Shown: in pieces, positions 38,601 through 50,001 of the stretch
Layout: the number at the start of each line of letters is the position of its first letter
How positions within the stretch are numbered: the first letter of the stretch is position 1
Position numbers and translations under genes: made by a program
Source: Macrostomum hystrix
Taxonomy: Eukaryota; Animalia; Platyhelminthes
DNA: 64,000 bases
NCBI GenBank assembly: GCA_950097015.1
Contig: CATNEN010000001.1
Coordinates: 12,152,001 to 12,216,000 of the forward strand
Direction of reading: 5' to 3'
The notes under the pieces: generated by a model
The model's input: only the letters and a program-made list of their open reading frames with translations
Told to the model about the DNA's origin: nothing
Databases searched by the model: none

Positions 38601-41058
38601 CTGGGGGGACGCCACACCACCTTCAATTATCCCAGCTGATGCTGGCACCCATTTAACAGCAGGATGAACTCAAGCAAGCAGAGTTAAGTGTCTTGCTAAA
38701 GGACACAATTTTTTCTAGTGGAGTCGGGAATCGAACCCCGACCTTCAAGTCATGAGTCCAATGCCCCAACCACAAGGCTACAACCTCCCTTCAAAACCAA
38801 ACAACCTACAACACTACAACCTCCTTACAACAATCTTCCTACTAATACGAGAATAGAGAAAACGAAAGGTTTCCAAGTTTCAGGAGCTTAATTAGATGAA
38901 ATAGCATAGCTCGTACAATGAAACACGGTCACTAAATCTGTACAGAAAAAAGTGAAATTTCCTATCTCCGTACTTGTGTGCTTCGGTGAAAAACAAGCCT
39001 CCTAAAATTTTTAAGAAATTATGCTTCCCGTCTTTCCACCCCAGTAGTGGCCCTTGGTCTTGGTGCTCATGTGCACAATTGCTCACTTTTGAGACAATTT
39101 CTAGCTCCAGGTGTGGCAGTGAAGTCAGCATCGCAGGCACACTCTGTGTGATATCCGTTGCAAACGCCTGGGAAGCACAGATTGTGTTCATGTCGCCATG
39201 AGCAGGTCTCTGCAATGCCGCCATGGTGTCACTATTGACATTTCCAACATAAAAATTGTTTTTTTCAGCTTGGTAACCAGATCTCTTTTTTAACTGTTCT
39301 CACCGATACAGTGCTTGTGATCAGCGGACAGTTTGTAGGCCTGACCTTTCGGTCCGTGATCGAACATGCAGGTCCGACAGATTTTCGTCTCAGCAGCACT
39401 CGGTATGTGAGTGCAGTGGGTCAGGGCGCAGAAAGGTATTTGCGGACAAACTAAAAAAATGTTTTTTGACCTTTTGATAGTTCGCAGCTCGTATAGGATT
39501 AAATAGAGAATTAAATTTCGCAACTCACGGTCGCAGCGAGGGCTGTAGTGAGTCGGGTAACAGTTGGAGCAGAAATCCGGCTGGTTGCAGCTGCCACCGT
39601 TTGGGCAGTACTGCAGCTTGCCAAAGCAGATCGCTGGCAGAGAGGAAAATTTTGTGCGTGAACTTTGTAGAAAGGGTTTTCTAGACTTTACTACTTTCAG
39701 TAGGGTCACTAGAAGAGACTTTTTCACTAAATATATTATAATTTTTTATATGGACTGTAAAATAGTGGCTTACCTACCCTTTCAAGGATTTCATCAGACT
39801 TTGCCCTAACAAAAATAATATTGCACAAGGGTTTTGGAAAGGAAATAATTTCTCCCCAATTTAACTTCCCAAGATTGAAACTTCGACATGAACTTTTCTA
39901 GACTGTTAGCGCCAACCTCGCATGCAGGTAGGCTCTCCGGGAAATCGACTCCAGCCAGGGCAGCAGTCCATGTACTCAACGATCACCGTGTGCGAGTTCT
40001 GCCTTCTTCGCCACCATTTTCCACGACTGCGATGGTTAATATTTTGTTAGAATTTCGTTAGACAGATTCAAAATACGGGATAATTAACTGATGCAAAGAT
40101 TGAGCAATTCGCGAGTCTCACGAGCGATAATACTGAGTCTCGGTTCGTTGATATCTACACAAATTACTTCTAGTGGACATCCTTGCCACCCGAGTTGTGT
40201 TGTACAGCTCCTCGAGGATGTCTGACTCAGCGTATTCAAAATCGTCATGCCTCTCTGACGCTGGCGCAAAGTTCAGGTCGTCATTGACGATGTCGAAAGA
40301 GCCCACCGTGTCGTTGAAGGCCTTTGCGCAATGGCTGATAATCGATTTGACAACAATTTATTACAGTTAACTTCTGACAAGGCTCACGGATCTTCAGTTC
40401 ACTACAATCCTTCTTCAGTTGGCTACGATTTCCTCAGGTATTCAGTTGGCTACAATCCCCTCAGGTATTCAGTTGGCTACAATCCCCTCAGGTATTCAGT
40501 TGGCTACAATCCCCTCAGGTATTCAGTTGGCTACAATCCCCTCAGGTATTCAGTTGGCTACAATCCCCTCAGGTATTCAGTTGGGTACAATCCCCTCAGG
40601 TATTCAGTTGGCTACAATCCCCTCAGGTATTCAGTTGGGTACAATCCCCTCAGGTATTCAGTTGGCTACAATCCCTCAGGTATTCAGTTGGCTACAATCC
40701 CCTCAGGTATTCAGTTGGCTACAATCCCCTCAGGTATTCAGTTGGCTACAATCCCCTCAGGTATTCAGTTGGCTACAATCCCCTCAGTTATTTAGTTGGC
40801 TACAATCCCCTCAGGTATTCAGTTGGGTACAATCCCCTCAGGTATTCAGTTGGGTACAATCCCCTCAGGTATTCAGTTGGCTACAATCCCCTCAGGTATT
40901 CAGTTGGCTACAATCCCCTCAGGTATTCAGTTGGCTACAATCCCCTCAGGTATTCAGTTGGCTACAATCCCCTCAGGTATTTAGTTGCCGAAGAAGTTAA
41001 AAACTCACCCGACTACAATCGACAGAAGTAAAATTCGAAGTATCATGTTGACAGGCAT
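23879..41058 (-). CDS. Paralogue B: tandem duplicate with the same exon structure and domain architecture as A
   Basis: Exon 1 is 41009-41058 (MPVNMILRILLLSIVVG; alternative ATG at 41046). Exon 2 at about 40121-40334, EMI exon at about 39916-40026 (CCPGW), EGF-like exons at 39304-39633, last exon 23879-24147 (..YQEVVV*). Intron positions and phases match A wherever checked, and no stops were found in the checked exons. Confidence 0.88.
24181..24668 (+). repeat. 16-bp minisatellite ACCACCAGCTTACA(G/C)A in the last intron of paralogue B
   Basis: Tandem units, absent from the equivalent 95-nt intron of A. Confidence 0.95.
35587..35620 (+). repeat. (TAG)n microsatellite, intronic
   Basis: About 11 TAG units. 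Confidence 0.9.
38505..38789 (-). mobile_element. tRNA-derived SINE family 2 with a CORE-like central domain, in an intron of B
   Basis: The minus strand reads GGGAGGTTGTAGCCTTGTGG (A box)..GGTTCGATTCC (B box), then TGTGTCCTTTAGCAAGACACTTAAC..CTGTTAAATGGG, which resembles the CORE-SINE core. Second copy at 44410-44664. Confidence 0.85.
40414..40988 (+). repeat. 27-bp minisatellite TCAGTTGGCTACAATCCCCTCAGGTAT in intron 1 of paralogue B
   Basis: About 21 tandem units filling most of the intron. Confidence 0.97.
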
Positions 41059-41496
41059 CAGGAAAATGCCATCGATGAAATCCTTTTTTTAGTCCGATAA
41101 TATTAGGACACTTCGTTCGGCTTTGGTAAAGTGAAACAAATTATACTTTAAAAAGAATTCTTCGAGCCTATCCTGAGTCCACTTAATGACAAGCAGCCTT
41201 CAAAAATCTATTTTTCCTGCCATTTGGTTAGCTCTGGCCGCTTTAAAAGTCTTGTTCTGAGCTCTGCTGATAAAGCAATATCGAATTGGCACATGGGGTC
41301 TATACAATTTGAAATTTAACTAAACTTCAAATACATGTCTCACATTTTTTGTGATAAGAAAGATTTTTTGTTGTTATGCGAACGAACATTAAATTTCGTG
41401 CTTAAGTGACACTCTAGATCTGTGCTTCGAAAACATATACTGATACAGAAGTGTAGATTTATTTGTACATTTAGATTCAAAAGTTCTAATATCCAA

Positions 41497-41906
41497 CTGA
41501 CTAATTTGTGTCAGCTGTGTCACTCTTGACTCATTTGTGTCAGCTGTGTCATTCCTGACTCATTTGTGTCAGCTGTGTCATTCCTGACTCATTTGTGTCA
41601 GCTGTGTCATTCCTGACCCATTCGTGTCAGGTGTGTCATTCCTGACCCATTCGTGTCAGCTGTGTCATTCCTGACTCATTTGTGTCAGCTGTGCCATTCC
41701 TGACTAATTTGTGTCAGCTGTGTCATTCCTGACCCATTCGTGTCAGGTGTGTCATTCCTGACCCATTCGTGTCAGCTGTGTCATTCCTGACTCATTTGTG
41801 TCAGCTTTCATTCTTGACTCATTTGTGTCAGCTTTCATTCTTGACTCATTTGTGTCAGCTGTGTCATTCCTTACCCATTCTTGTCAGCTTTGTCATTCCT
41901 GACTCA
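41497..41906 (+). repeat. 29-bp minisatellite CCTGACTCATTTGTGTCAGCTGTGTCATT
   Basis: About 14 tandem units, some shortened. Confidence 0.93.
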
Positions 41907-44409
41907 CCAGCGGCTTTCAGCTGCAGGCAATATTTCTAAAACGCATGTCAACTGCTGAGTCATAGGGTACCCCAACTTGGCATACACAAAGGTCAGCTTT
42001 TGCGAATAGCCCGCGAGACTTGTTCCCGTAGCGCTTGTTGACACCGAAATAGTCAGTTACTTCCAACCATTTTCAAACAGATTTCATGCATCAGCAACTG
42101 CATGCCTCCACACAATACAACTGTTACAGATGAGCATGGTTCTCTTCTAAACTTAATTCTAGAATTTTCCATTGTCTGTTTTCGACTCAACTGGATACAG
42201 AACTATTTCTGTGAGAAATAATTTGATGAAAACACACACCCTACAAGCGTACGAGCGTAGATGAATACATAGACCATCTGTGATATTACTGTCAGAGCAT
42301 TGTCTGTGAGGTACTGCAAAGCTGTGTTGGGAGGAGAGACAGGGAGAGAGAGAAGGCTGCAGGCAGTGAAGATAAACAGTGCACGTCCCCCCAACGATTT
42401 AATTCAGGCCGGTAGAGTAGCTCAGCTCTCTCTCAGGTCAGGGGTACGGGGGCGACCTCGGTCGGCACTGCAAGCGCGAAATACAACCCTATGCCCACCT
42501 TGCCATCATCTGGCATCTACTGCGCTGCACTAACAATGCGTTCACCCCATTGTGCGGCCTCACATTGTGTCTACCGGCCTCCCTCCGCCAGATTCTGAGC
42601 CCACTCTGAGCCCATTGTGTGAGTCGCCACCTGCTGCCTCTGCCTCTCTCCCTCTGTGTCCCTTCTCCATCTCTTCCTCCCGCACCACCTGGGCATGCCA
42701 TCTTCCATTTAAAAGGGCTTTAAAAAAAGTGTACGACCCCCTACCCACCTACCAACCCACAATGTCGCTGGCATAGACACAATGGGCCACAAAAACTCTA
42801 GGATTCCCAGCAGCCTCACTAACCATCTATCTCTACCCTCTCTCTCTCTCCGTCCATCTATCTCTGTTGTCAATGGCAACGAACAACAACTCGGCAACTA
42901 CTGGTTGGCGTTCTTAGAGATTTTATTCTAAGCTGACATGCAGCTTGGGTCTATTGTGACGGGTGTGGGTGGGGAGGCTGGGCATGAGGTTGGCAGTCAG
43001 GGCCGCGGTGCATTTAAATCTGCGCTGCTGTGGCGAGTAGGTGGGCCGGGTTTGAGACAGCCATCAGCTGGTGGCCCCAGAGAAGGCATCGGCACAGCGC
43101 GGAGGACTTCGCGTCGGTAAGTCTTGTTAGTCTCTAAAGCAACTTGACTGATAAGCAATCTGTATCAATTATCTCACTTAGACACATCCCATTGTTGTTT
43201 CAGAACCTTCCTCGAAGCCAAATGGCGACTGAAGATCGATAACATCCGATCCTGAGAGAGTCTTTGTTGTGATTGTTTCAGTTTTTTAATCTTTATCAGG
43301 AGTTTTGTCTATCTTTGCTTATCGCATTATGTATGTCAAGCTTCGCTAGAGTTCACTTCTGTACTATTTTTATTTGCACTACTGATACGACTAACAGTAG
43401 CTAAGTAGTATGTAGAGTTTTTCTCACATTTATTTACGGTAAAATTGAAAATTTCCTGGCATTATTAACGCATCGAAACGCGTGCCTTAACAAGAGTACA
43501 GATTTAATTAGATCTAGATTTTTGCTTAAACAAATTAGCTTTATTTGTTTATTTTCTGTGTCCAAGATTGCGTTGGAACTGAAAACGACCAATCAAAAAT
43601 TGACGCTTGCTTGCAACGTGTCGATAAAAAACTTGTACTACTCAACAGGTTTTTTGCTGTTTTGCTTTTGTGAATTGTCTTTTTTCTCACCTATCCGTGC
43701 ATGCAAAAACCAAAGCTGACTAAGGCATCAGGTTTTGTCCGGCTAAAATGTCTTCTTTGGATGCCATTTGCTGCTGGTTCGACCCTTGCCTGTTCCGTCC
43801 ATGGCTGTGTTAGCTGTAAATAAACTTTTACCTGTACTGTCTGATTCTTTTTCTTGCTCGGTTTGTGTTGAGTTTTTCTGGTTTCATCACTCACTCATTG
43901 TGGTCTCGAGTTCTGTCATCCCTGTTCTCATCCCAGCTGTTCGTTTGGTGTCGTTTTGTTCCTAACATGGCTAACATTTTTTTGCTAAAATTTGTATAGA
44001 CTGTCAAAAACTTTTGTTATATTATTCCAAACTTCTGAGTTGTTTAAATTTTTAATTCATCTATAGATCTTCTGCGATAAAGTTTGTTGCTGTCAAATAA
44101 AAAAAATACAAAAATATGTAGAATACGACACACTTCTAGGAAGTGTTTTCCACAATTATTAACTCATGCTAGCTTGTTTGTTACCCAACTTATTTTATTC
44201 CTTCGAGCAAAAGCTTATCTAGCGGTTCTAATCACAAATTTGAAGCTAGACGAGATTATTTCTACTAGAAGTAGCTCGTAGTATTTATGTTTTCTAAATT
44301 AAAATTTTTCTACTTTTTATCGCTAAATGCGTTACACTAATCGAAACGTAAAAATTTAGCACCTCCACTTTTAACAGCCACAGATTTCGTTCGGCGCAAC
44401 TAAACACGG

Positions 44410-44664
44410 TGTACAACTTTTCAGTCCATGGACCAAGGGGGCCAGACCTCATTTTAAGACGACAGCACAGCCGCAGCTATTGCGCGGCGCATCTGAAGGC
44501 TGCGTACTGCTGTTCAGTCCATGGACTGGAGAGGCTGGGTGAACTGAAGCAATGCAGAGTTAAGTGTCTTGCTAAAGGACGCAAAATTTCTCCAGTGGAG
44601 TCGGGAATCGAACCCCCGACCTTCAAGTCGTTAGACCGACGCTCTAGCCACTAGGCTACACTCC
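44410..44664 (-). mobile_element. SINE family 2 copy with an internal deletion
   Basis: Shares cgacagcacagccgcagctattgcgcggc..gagttaagtgtcttgctaaaggac..gtggagtcgggaatcgaacccc with 38505-38789. Confidence 0.85.
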
Positions 44665-45145
44665 TAATAAAGGTGGTCGTTGGACACAATAAGAAGCAAG
44701 AGGAACGGAATGACATAAAAATAAGGTTAGAGCACAGCACACTGGCTGGAGCAATTCAGGTCATATCGGAAGTCAAGCGAGAGCCAACAAATCAATTTCA
44801 CTAAAAGCATTGATGTCCGGGAAAACTGCTTTCATAGGCACTAGCCGCTGCTGCTAGTGCTGTTAGCTAGGCTATGAATTTGAGCAAGTGTAAGTATAAA
44901 GTACACATTTATCATGCTCCTAACACAGCCAAACAGTCGCTTAATACACAGATTTTAGACACATCACACAGGCCGCTAGCAATTAAATCGATTTACTAGT
45001 ATATATTGAACTGCCTCACAGCTACACTGAGATTTGACACCGACTCACTTCAAACATTTACAGCAATTATCCCCAATATTAATTTGGTACATCAGTGTAA
45101 TTGGTCCCAAAGGGCGTCTTGTGCTACAACGGTCAGAATATAAAA

Positions 45146-46468
45146 TCATTCCTGTCAGCTGTGTCATTCCTGTCAGCTGTGTCATTCTTGTCAGCTGCTA
45201 TTCCTGTCAGCTGCTATTCCTGTCAGCTGTTATTCCTGTCAGCTGCTATTCCTGTCAGCTGTTATTCCTGTCAGCTGCTATTCCTGTCAGCTGTGTCGTT
45301 CCTGTCAGCTGTGACATTCCTGTCAGCTGAGTGATTCCTGTCAGCTGTGCCATTCTTGTCAGCTGCTATTCGTGTCAGCTGCTATTCCTGTCAGGTGCTA
45401 TTCCTGTCAGGTGCTATTCCTGTCAGGTGCTATTCCTGTCAGGTGCTATTCCTGTCAGCTGTGACATTCCTGTCAGCTGTGCCATTCATGTCAGCTGTGC
45501 CATTCCTGTCAGCTAGGTCATTCCTGTCAGCTGTGCCATTCCTGTCAGCTAGGTCATTCCTGTCAGCTGTGCCATTCCTGTCAGCTAGGTCATTCCTGTC
45601 AGCTGTGCCATTCCTGTCAGCAAAGGTCATTCCTGTCAGCTGTGCCATTCCTGTCAGCTGTTATTCCTGTCAGCTGTTATTCCTGTCAGCTGCTATTCCT
45701 GTCAACTGCTATTACTGTCAGCTGCTATTCCTGTCAGCTGCTATTCCTGTCAGCTGTGTCGTTCCTGTCAGCTGTGACATTCCTGTCAGCTGTGTCATTC
45801 CTGTGAGCTGTGTCATTCCTGTCAGCTGTGTCATTCCTGTCAGCTGTGCCATTCCTGTCAGCAAAGGTCATTCCTGTCAGCTGTGCCATTCCTGTCAGCT
45901 GCTATTCCTGTCAGCTGTTATTCCTGTCAGCTGCTATTCCTGTCAACTGCTATTACTGTCAGCTGCTATTCCTGTCAGCTGTGTCATTCCTGTCAGCTGT
46001 GTCATTCCTGTCAGCTGTGTCATTCCTGTCAGCTGTGTCATTCCTGTGAGCTGTGTCATTCCTGTCAGCTGTGTCATTCCTGTCAGCTGTGCCATTCTTG
46101 TCAGCTGTGCCATTCCTGTCAGCTGTTATTCCTGTCAGCTGTGCCATTCTTGTCAGCTGCTATTCCTGTCAGCTGTGTCATTCCTGTCAGCTGTTATTCC
46201 TGTCAGCTGCTATTCCTGTCAGCTGTGCCATTCCTGTCAGGTGCTATTCCTGTCAGATGCTATTCCTGTCAGCTGTGCCATTCCTGTCAGCTGTGTCATT
46301 CCTGTCAGCCGTGCCATTCCTGTCAGCTAGGTCATTCCTGTCAGCTGTGCCATTCATGTCAGCCGTGCCATTCCTGTCAGCTAGGTCATTCCTGTCAGCT
46401 GTGACATTCCTGTCAGCTGTGCCATTCCTGTCAGCTAGGTCATTCCTGTCAGCTGTGCCATTCCTGTC
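45146..46468 (+). repeat. Mixed 16/18-bp minisatellite CCTGTCAGCTG(TGTC/TGCC/CT)ATT
   Basis: About 75 units of two lengths, with an internal block duplication (about 45620 versus 45861). Confidence 0.95.
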
Positions 46469-46925
46469 CTCATTGCAGTATGGTGTTTCGATTTATATAT
46501 TTAATATGGTACACGATGTACTATCAAATTTTAATATCCCTGGTCAATGATCCCTGTTTTGCACTTTAGTCCCTGGAGTCAAAGTCTGCCCAGCGCCGGA
46601 TGCAGGGCATTGGATGCATGCGCAAATTGGGATCAGAATGCAGATACGGACAGTTTATATCAAAGTGCACTTCATCGGTCTGGAGTTCTGACATCTCTGG
46701 TTTGTCCTCGTTTGGATGTCGCCTATGAAAAAAGTTAAATTTCTGGAATTGCTAATTTTTTTGTGAACTACTTTAGTCGTCTTGACAATGCAGCATTGCT
46801 TCCGGTGGAAATTTTATGCGTTAGTGGGCAATTAGACCTCACTTGATTTTATGGTAGCTTATTTTGACAACCTCAAACAGAAATCATGAAGTGCGAACAT
46901 CATGACTTTCTATAGTAGCAACCCA

Positions 46926-47492
46926 ACCTCATGAGAACCTCAGGGAATGGAGTGATAGCATGACCTCATGAGAACCTCAGGGAATGGGGTGATAGCATGA
47001 CCTCATGAGAAACTCAGGGAATGGGGTGATAGCATGACCTCATGAGAAACTCAGGGAATGGGGTGATAGCATGACCTCATGAGAACCTCAGGGAATGGGG
47101 TGATAGCATGACCTCATGAGAACCTCAGGGAATGGGATGATAGCATGACCTCATGAGAACCTCAGGGAATGGGATGATAGCATGACCTCATGAGAACCTC
47201 AGGGAATGGGGTGATAGAATGACCTCATGAGAACCTCAGGGAATGGGGTGATAGCATGACCTCATGAGAACCTCAGGGAATGGGATGATAGCATGACCTC
47301 ATGAGAACCTCAGGGAATGGGATGATAGCATGACCTCATGAGAACCTCAGGGAATGGGGTGATAGCATGACCTCATGAGAACTTCAGGGAATGGGATGAT
47401 AGCATGACCTCATGAGAAACTCAGGGAATGGGGTGATAGCATGACCTCATGAGAAACTCAGGAGTATGACTTCATGAGAACCTCAGGGAACG
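46926..47492 (+). repeat. 37-bp minisatellite GACCTCATGAGAACCTCAGGGAATGGGGTGATAGCAT
   Basis: About 15 contiguous units, no spacers. Confidence 0.97.
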
Positions 47493-47989
47493 GGATGTAA
47501 AAATTCAATAATCATTCACAATAATATGCATGCTTTGAGGACTTGAGCTTATTTCGTCAGCAAAGTTAAACTCGTATCATCCCGAAAGGTACCTGGTAAA
47601 GCTGTACTGACCTTTTCTGTGAATTGGACCTGGGCAGTAGGGTTTTATCAGTTTAATTGATTTCCCGACCTTGGCAAATAGATGAGGTGGCTCGGAGCTT
47701 CACTATTTTAGCTATCGCCAAAATTTATAATGCTACCTCCCACGCCTACCCCTGACTGCAGGTCAACTTTATCTGCCCCCGCTGTAAATCAGTGAATTCT
47801 AAAGTTTTTTCAAATACATTTTTTAGCACCGCTGCTGCATATACTCGTACACATTTTTGTCTTATTCTTTTTGGTACTTGTGTAGCAACTATGACATTAA
47901 GAAAGAACATTTATTTAGTTTTATAGTACATGATCAATGTACATATCGTAGTATTTTGTACATAGAATAAAAGTATGCTCTAGCTCTAG

Positions 47990-48345
47990 TAGCTCTAGTT
48001 TACATTATGGAAGTACATATCGTAGCTCTAGTGTACATTATGGAAGTACATATCGTAGCTCTAGTGTACATTATGGAAGTACATATCGTAGCTCTAGTGT
48101 ACATTATGGAAGTACATATCGTAGCTCTAGTGTACATTATGGAAGTACATATCGTAGCTCTAGTGTACATTATGGAAGTACATATCGTAGCTCTAGTGTA
48201 CATTATGAAAGTACATACCGTAGCTCTTGTGTACACAATAAAAAGTACATATCGTAGCTCTAGTGTACATTATGGAAGTACATATCGTAGCTCTAGTGTA
48301 CATTATGGAAGTACATATCGTAGCTCTAGTGTGCATAACAGAAGC
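47990..48345 (+). repeat. 33-bp minisatellite TACATTATGGAAGTACATATCGTAGCTCTAGTG
   Basis: About 10 units with degenerate edges. Confidence 0.95.
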
Positions 48346-48743
48346 ACACATCGTGCATTTGGTTTACTTGCTCTACCCACTTATTTTACCGCACCATAAA
48401 AGTTCACACCAAAACTGTACAGTGCAAGCTAACAGTGCAATATTTGCTGACTTTTATGTTTTCTAGCAAAATTGTTCTTCTATAAATTCAGGAACAAATT
48501 TTAAAGCTGAGCAAATGAATGATCGCGCCGAGCGAACCAGTTTATCTGTTTGAGAACAAGTCTTTCAATAACATGCACACGGACACCTGGAACAAACAGA
48601 TCTTACTTGTCTATTGAATTTGAACAGGTGCGTTTAGTTGTGTCCCTTATAAGCAGAGAACTGTAAATCGATTGAAGAATTCGACAAACAAAAACCCGAT
48701 AAACGTGAAAAAATCTGTTCGTTAGGCTTAACGAAATTAAGAT

Positions 48744-49115
48744 GGGGGCGAGTGGCAGAGCGGTCTCACGCGTTTGCCTCTCGCACCAAGGTCCCTGAGC
48801 TCGATTGCCGCGGCGAGGCCACATTCATTTGGGGCGCAGCCGCGAAGAAAAGGCTTGGGGGCTTGGCTTGAAATTTATGCCATTGAGGGCCAACCTCCAA
48901 GGCACAGTAAGAGTGTACACTGCTTGACGATAAAAAGTCAGCGCAGATGTACACACTTGTGTGTCTACGTTTGTCTGCGTACAGTATCTGTGTGCGTGTG
49001 TGCTCAGGAGTCAGCGAAATTGGCAGAATTGCCTCCTCGCTGGCTGCGGGTCTAGTGTCACCAAAAGATTTTCCATTGCACGCAGCCCTCCAGTTATTTT
49101 AATTATTATTGTTGC
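48744..49115 (+). mobile_element. Full-length tRNA-derived SINE family 1
   Basis: GGGGGCGAGTGGCAGAGCGG (A box), GCTCGATTGCC (B-box-like), (ATT)n-like tail, and a candidate TSD AATTAAGAT at 48735-48743 and 49118-49126. Confidence 0.88.
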
Positions 49116-49672
49116 CGAATTAAGATAGATTGATAGTTGGGACAGATTAAGAGCCAGTAGCACAGCCGCAGCCCAGTGTTTTAATATGGTGCTGTGTACA
49201 GCTGATCAGTCCGCGTAGTGGGGTAGGCAACCGTACCCACCCAGGTTTCTAACTCAGTTTACAGTTAGAAAGTTTACAGTTTATAACAAGCTGTAAAACA
49301 GCCGACAGGAAACCGAGGAATGCTAGTTTCGGTTAGTTTTGCTTTAATCAAATCGTGATGAAAGGTGTTGTGCAACGTTTTTTTGAAGAAATTTGATATT
49401 GACTGACACCGCAGAAATTTTGACCTAACAAAATTTGCATATCAATTTCTAGTTTTTTAGTCTAAATCGAATCGGCTTATTTAGTCACTGCTCTAGACTT
49501 ACAACTTCTGGAACATCAGAAAAACTGACTTTCATTTTTCATTTGTCTAGAAGTTTCTCATTATTATGCAGATAGCTTCTAAGCCCAGATGTACAGCCCA
49601 GGTGGCACAACCGCATCTAATGATGAAGCATCGAAACTATTTTTATACGGCCGCCGTATTTGTCTAGCTATA

Positions 49673-50001
49673 ATTATAATAATTGCAGGAGGGCTGCGGG
49701 CAATGGCACATCATTTGGTGACACTGGACCCGCAACCAGCGAGGAGGCAATTCTGCCCATTTCGCTGACTCCTGAGCACACACACACACAGGTACTGTAC
49801 GCAGACACACTCACACTGCTGTGTACATCTGCCCTGACTTTCTCGTCGTCATGCAGAGTACACTTTCACTGTGCCTTGGAAATTGGCCCTCTAGGTTGTA
49901 AATTGCACGACAAGCCCCCAAAGCCTTCTCTGCGTGGCTGCGCTCCAAATGAATGTGGACTCGCCGCGGAATCGAACTCAGGGATCTTGTTGGACCCTCC
50001 A
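49673..50001 (-). mobile_element. SINE family 1 copy, inverted relative to 48744-49115, head partly deleted
   Basis: Reverse-complement match over about 320 nt, intact GTTCGATTCC B box, 10-bp TSD TCTAGCTATA at 49663-49672 and 50002-50011. Confidence 0.9.

Noticed and set aside
38715-38789. tRNA-like A/B boxes here and at about 44590-44664 and 48744-48820
   Set aside because: They are SINE heads followed by shared SINE bodies; no complete cloverleaf.
40331-41000. SVGYNPLRY / ATIPSGIQL repeat ORFs resembling a neuropeptide precursor
   Set aside because: 27-bp minisatellite in intron 1 of B, antisense, with no signal peptide or dibasic cleavage sites.
45034-46550. Cys-rich ORFs (CQLCHS, IPVSC repeats) resembling metallothionein or keratin-associated proteins
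   Set aside because: Mixed 16/18-bp units shift frame constantly, so this is a repeat artefact.
46926-47492. 37-bp repeats (and the 30- and 33-bp arrays) of CRISPR-like length with internal palindromes
   Set aside because: Units are contiguous with no unique spacers, no cas genes are present and the context is eukaryotic.
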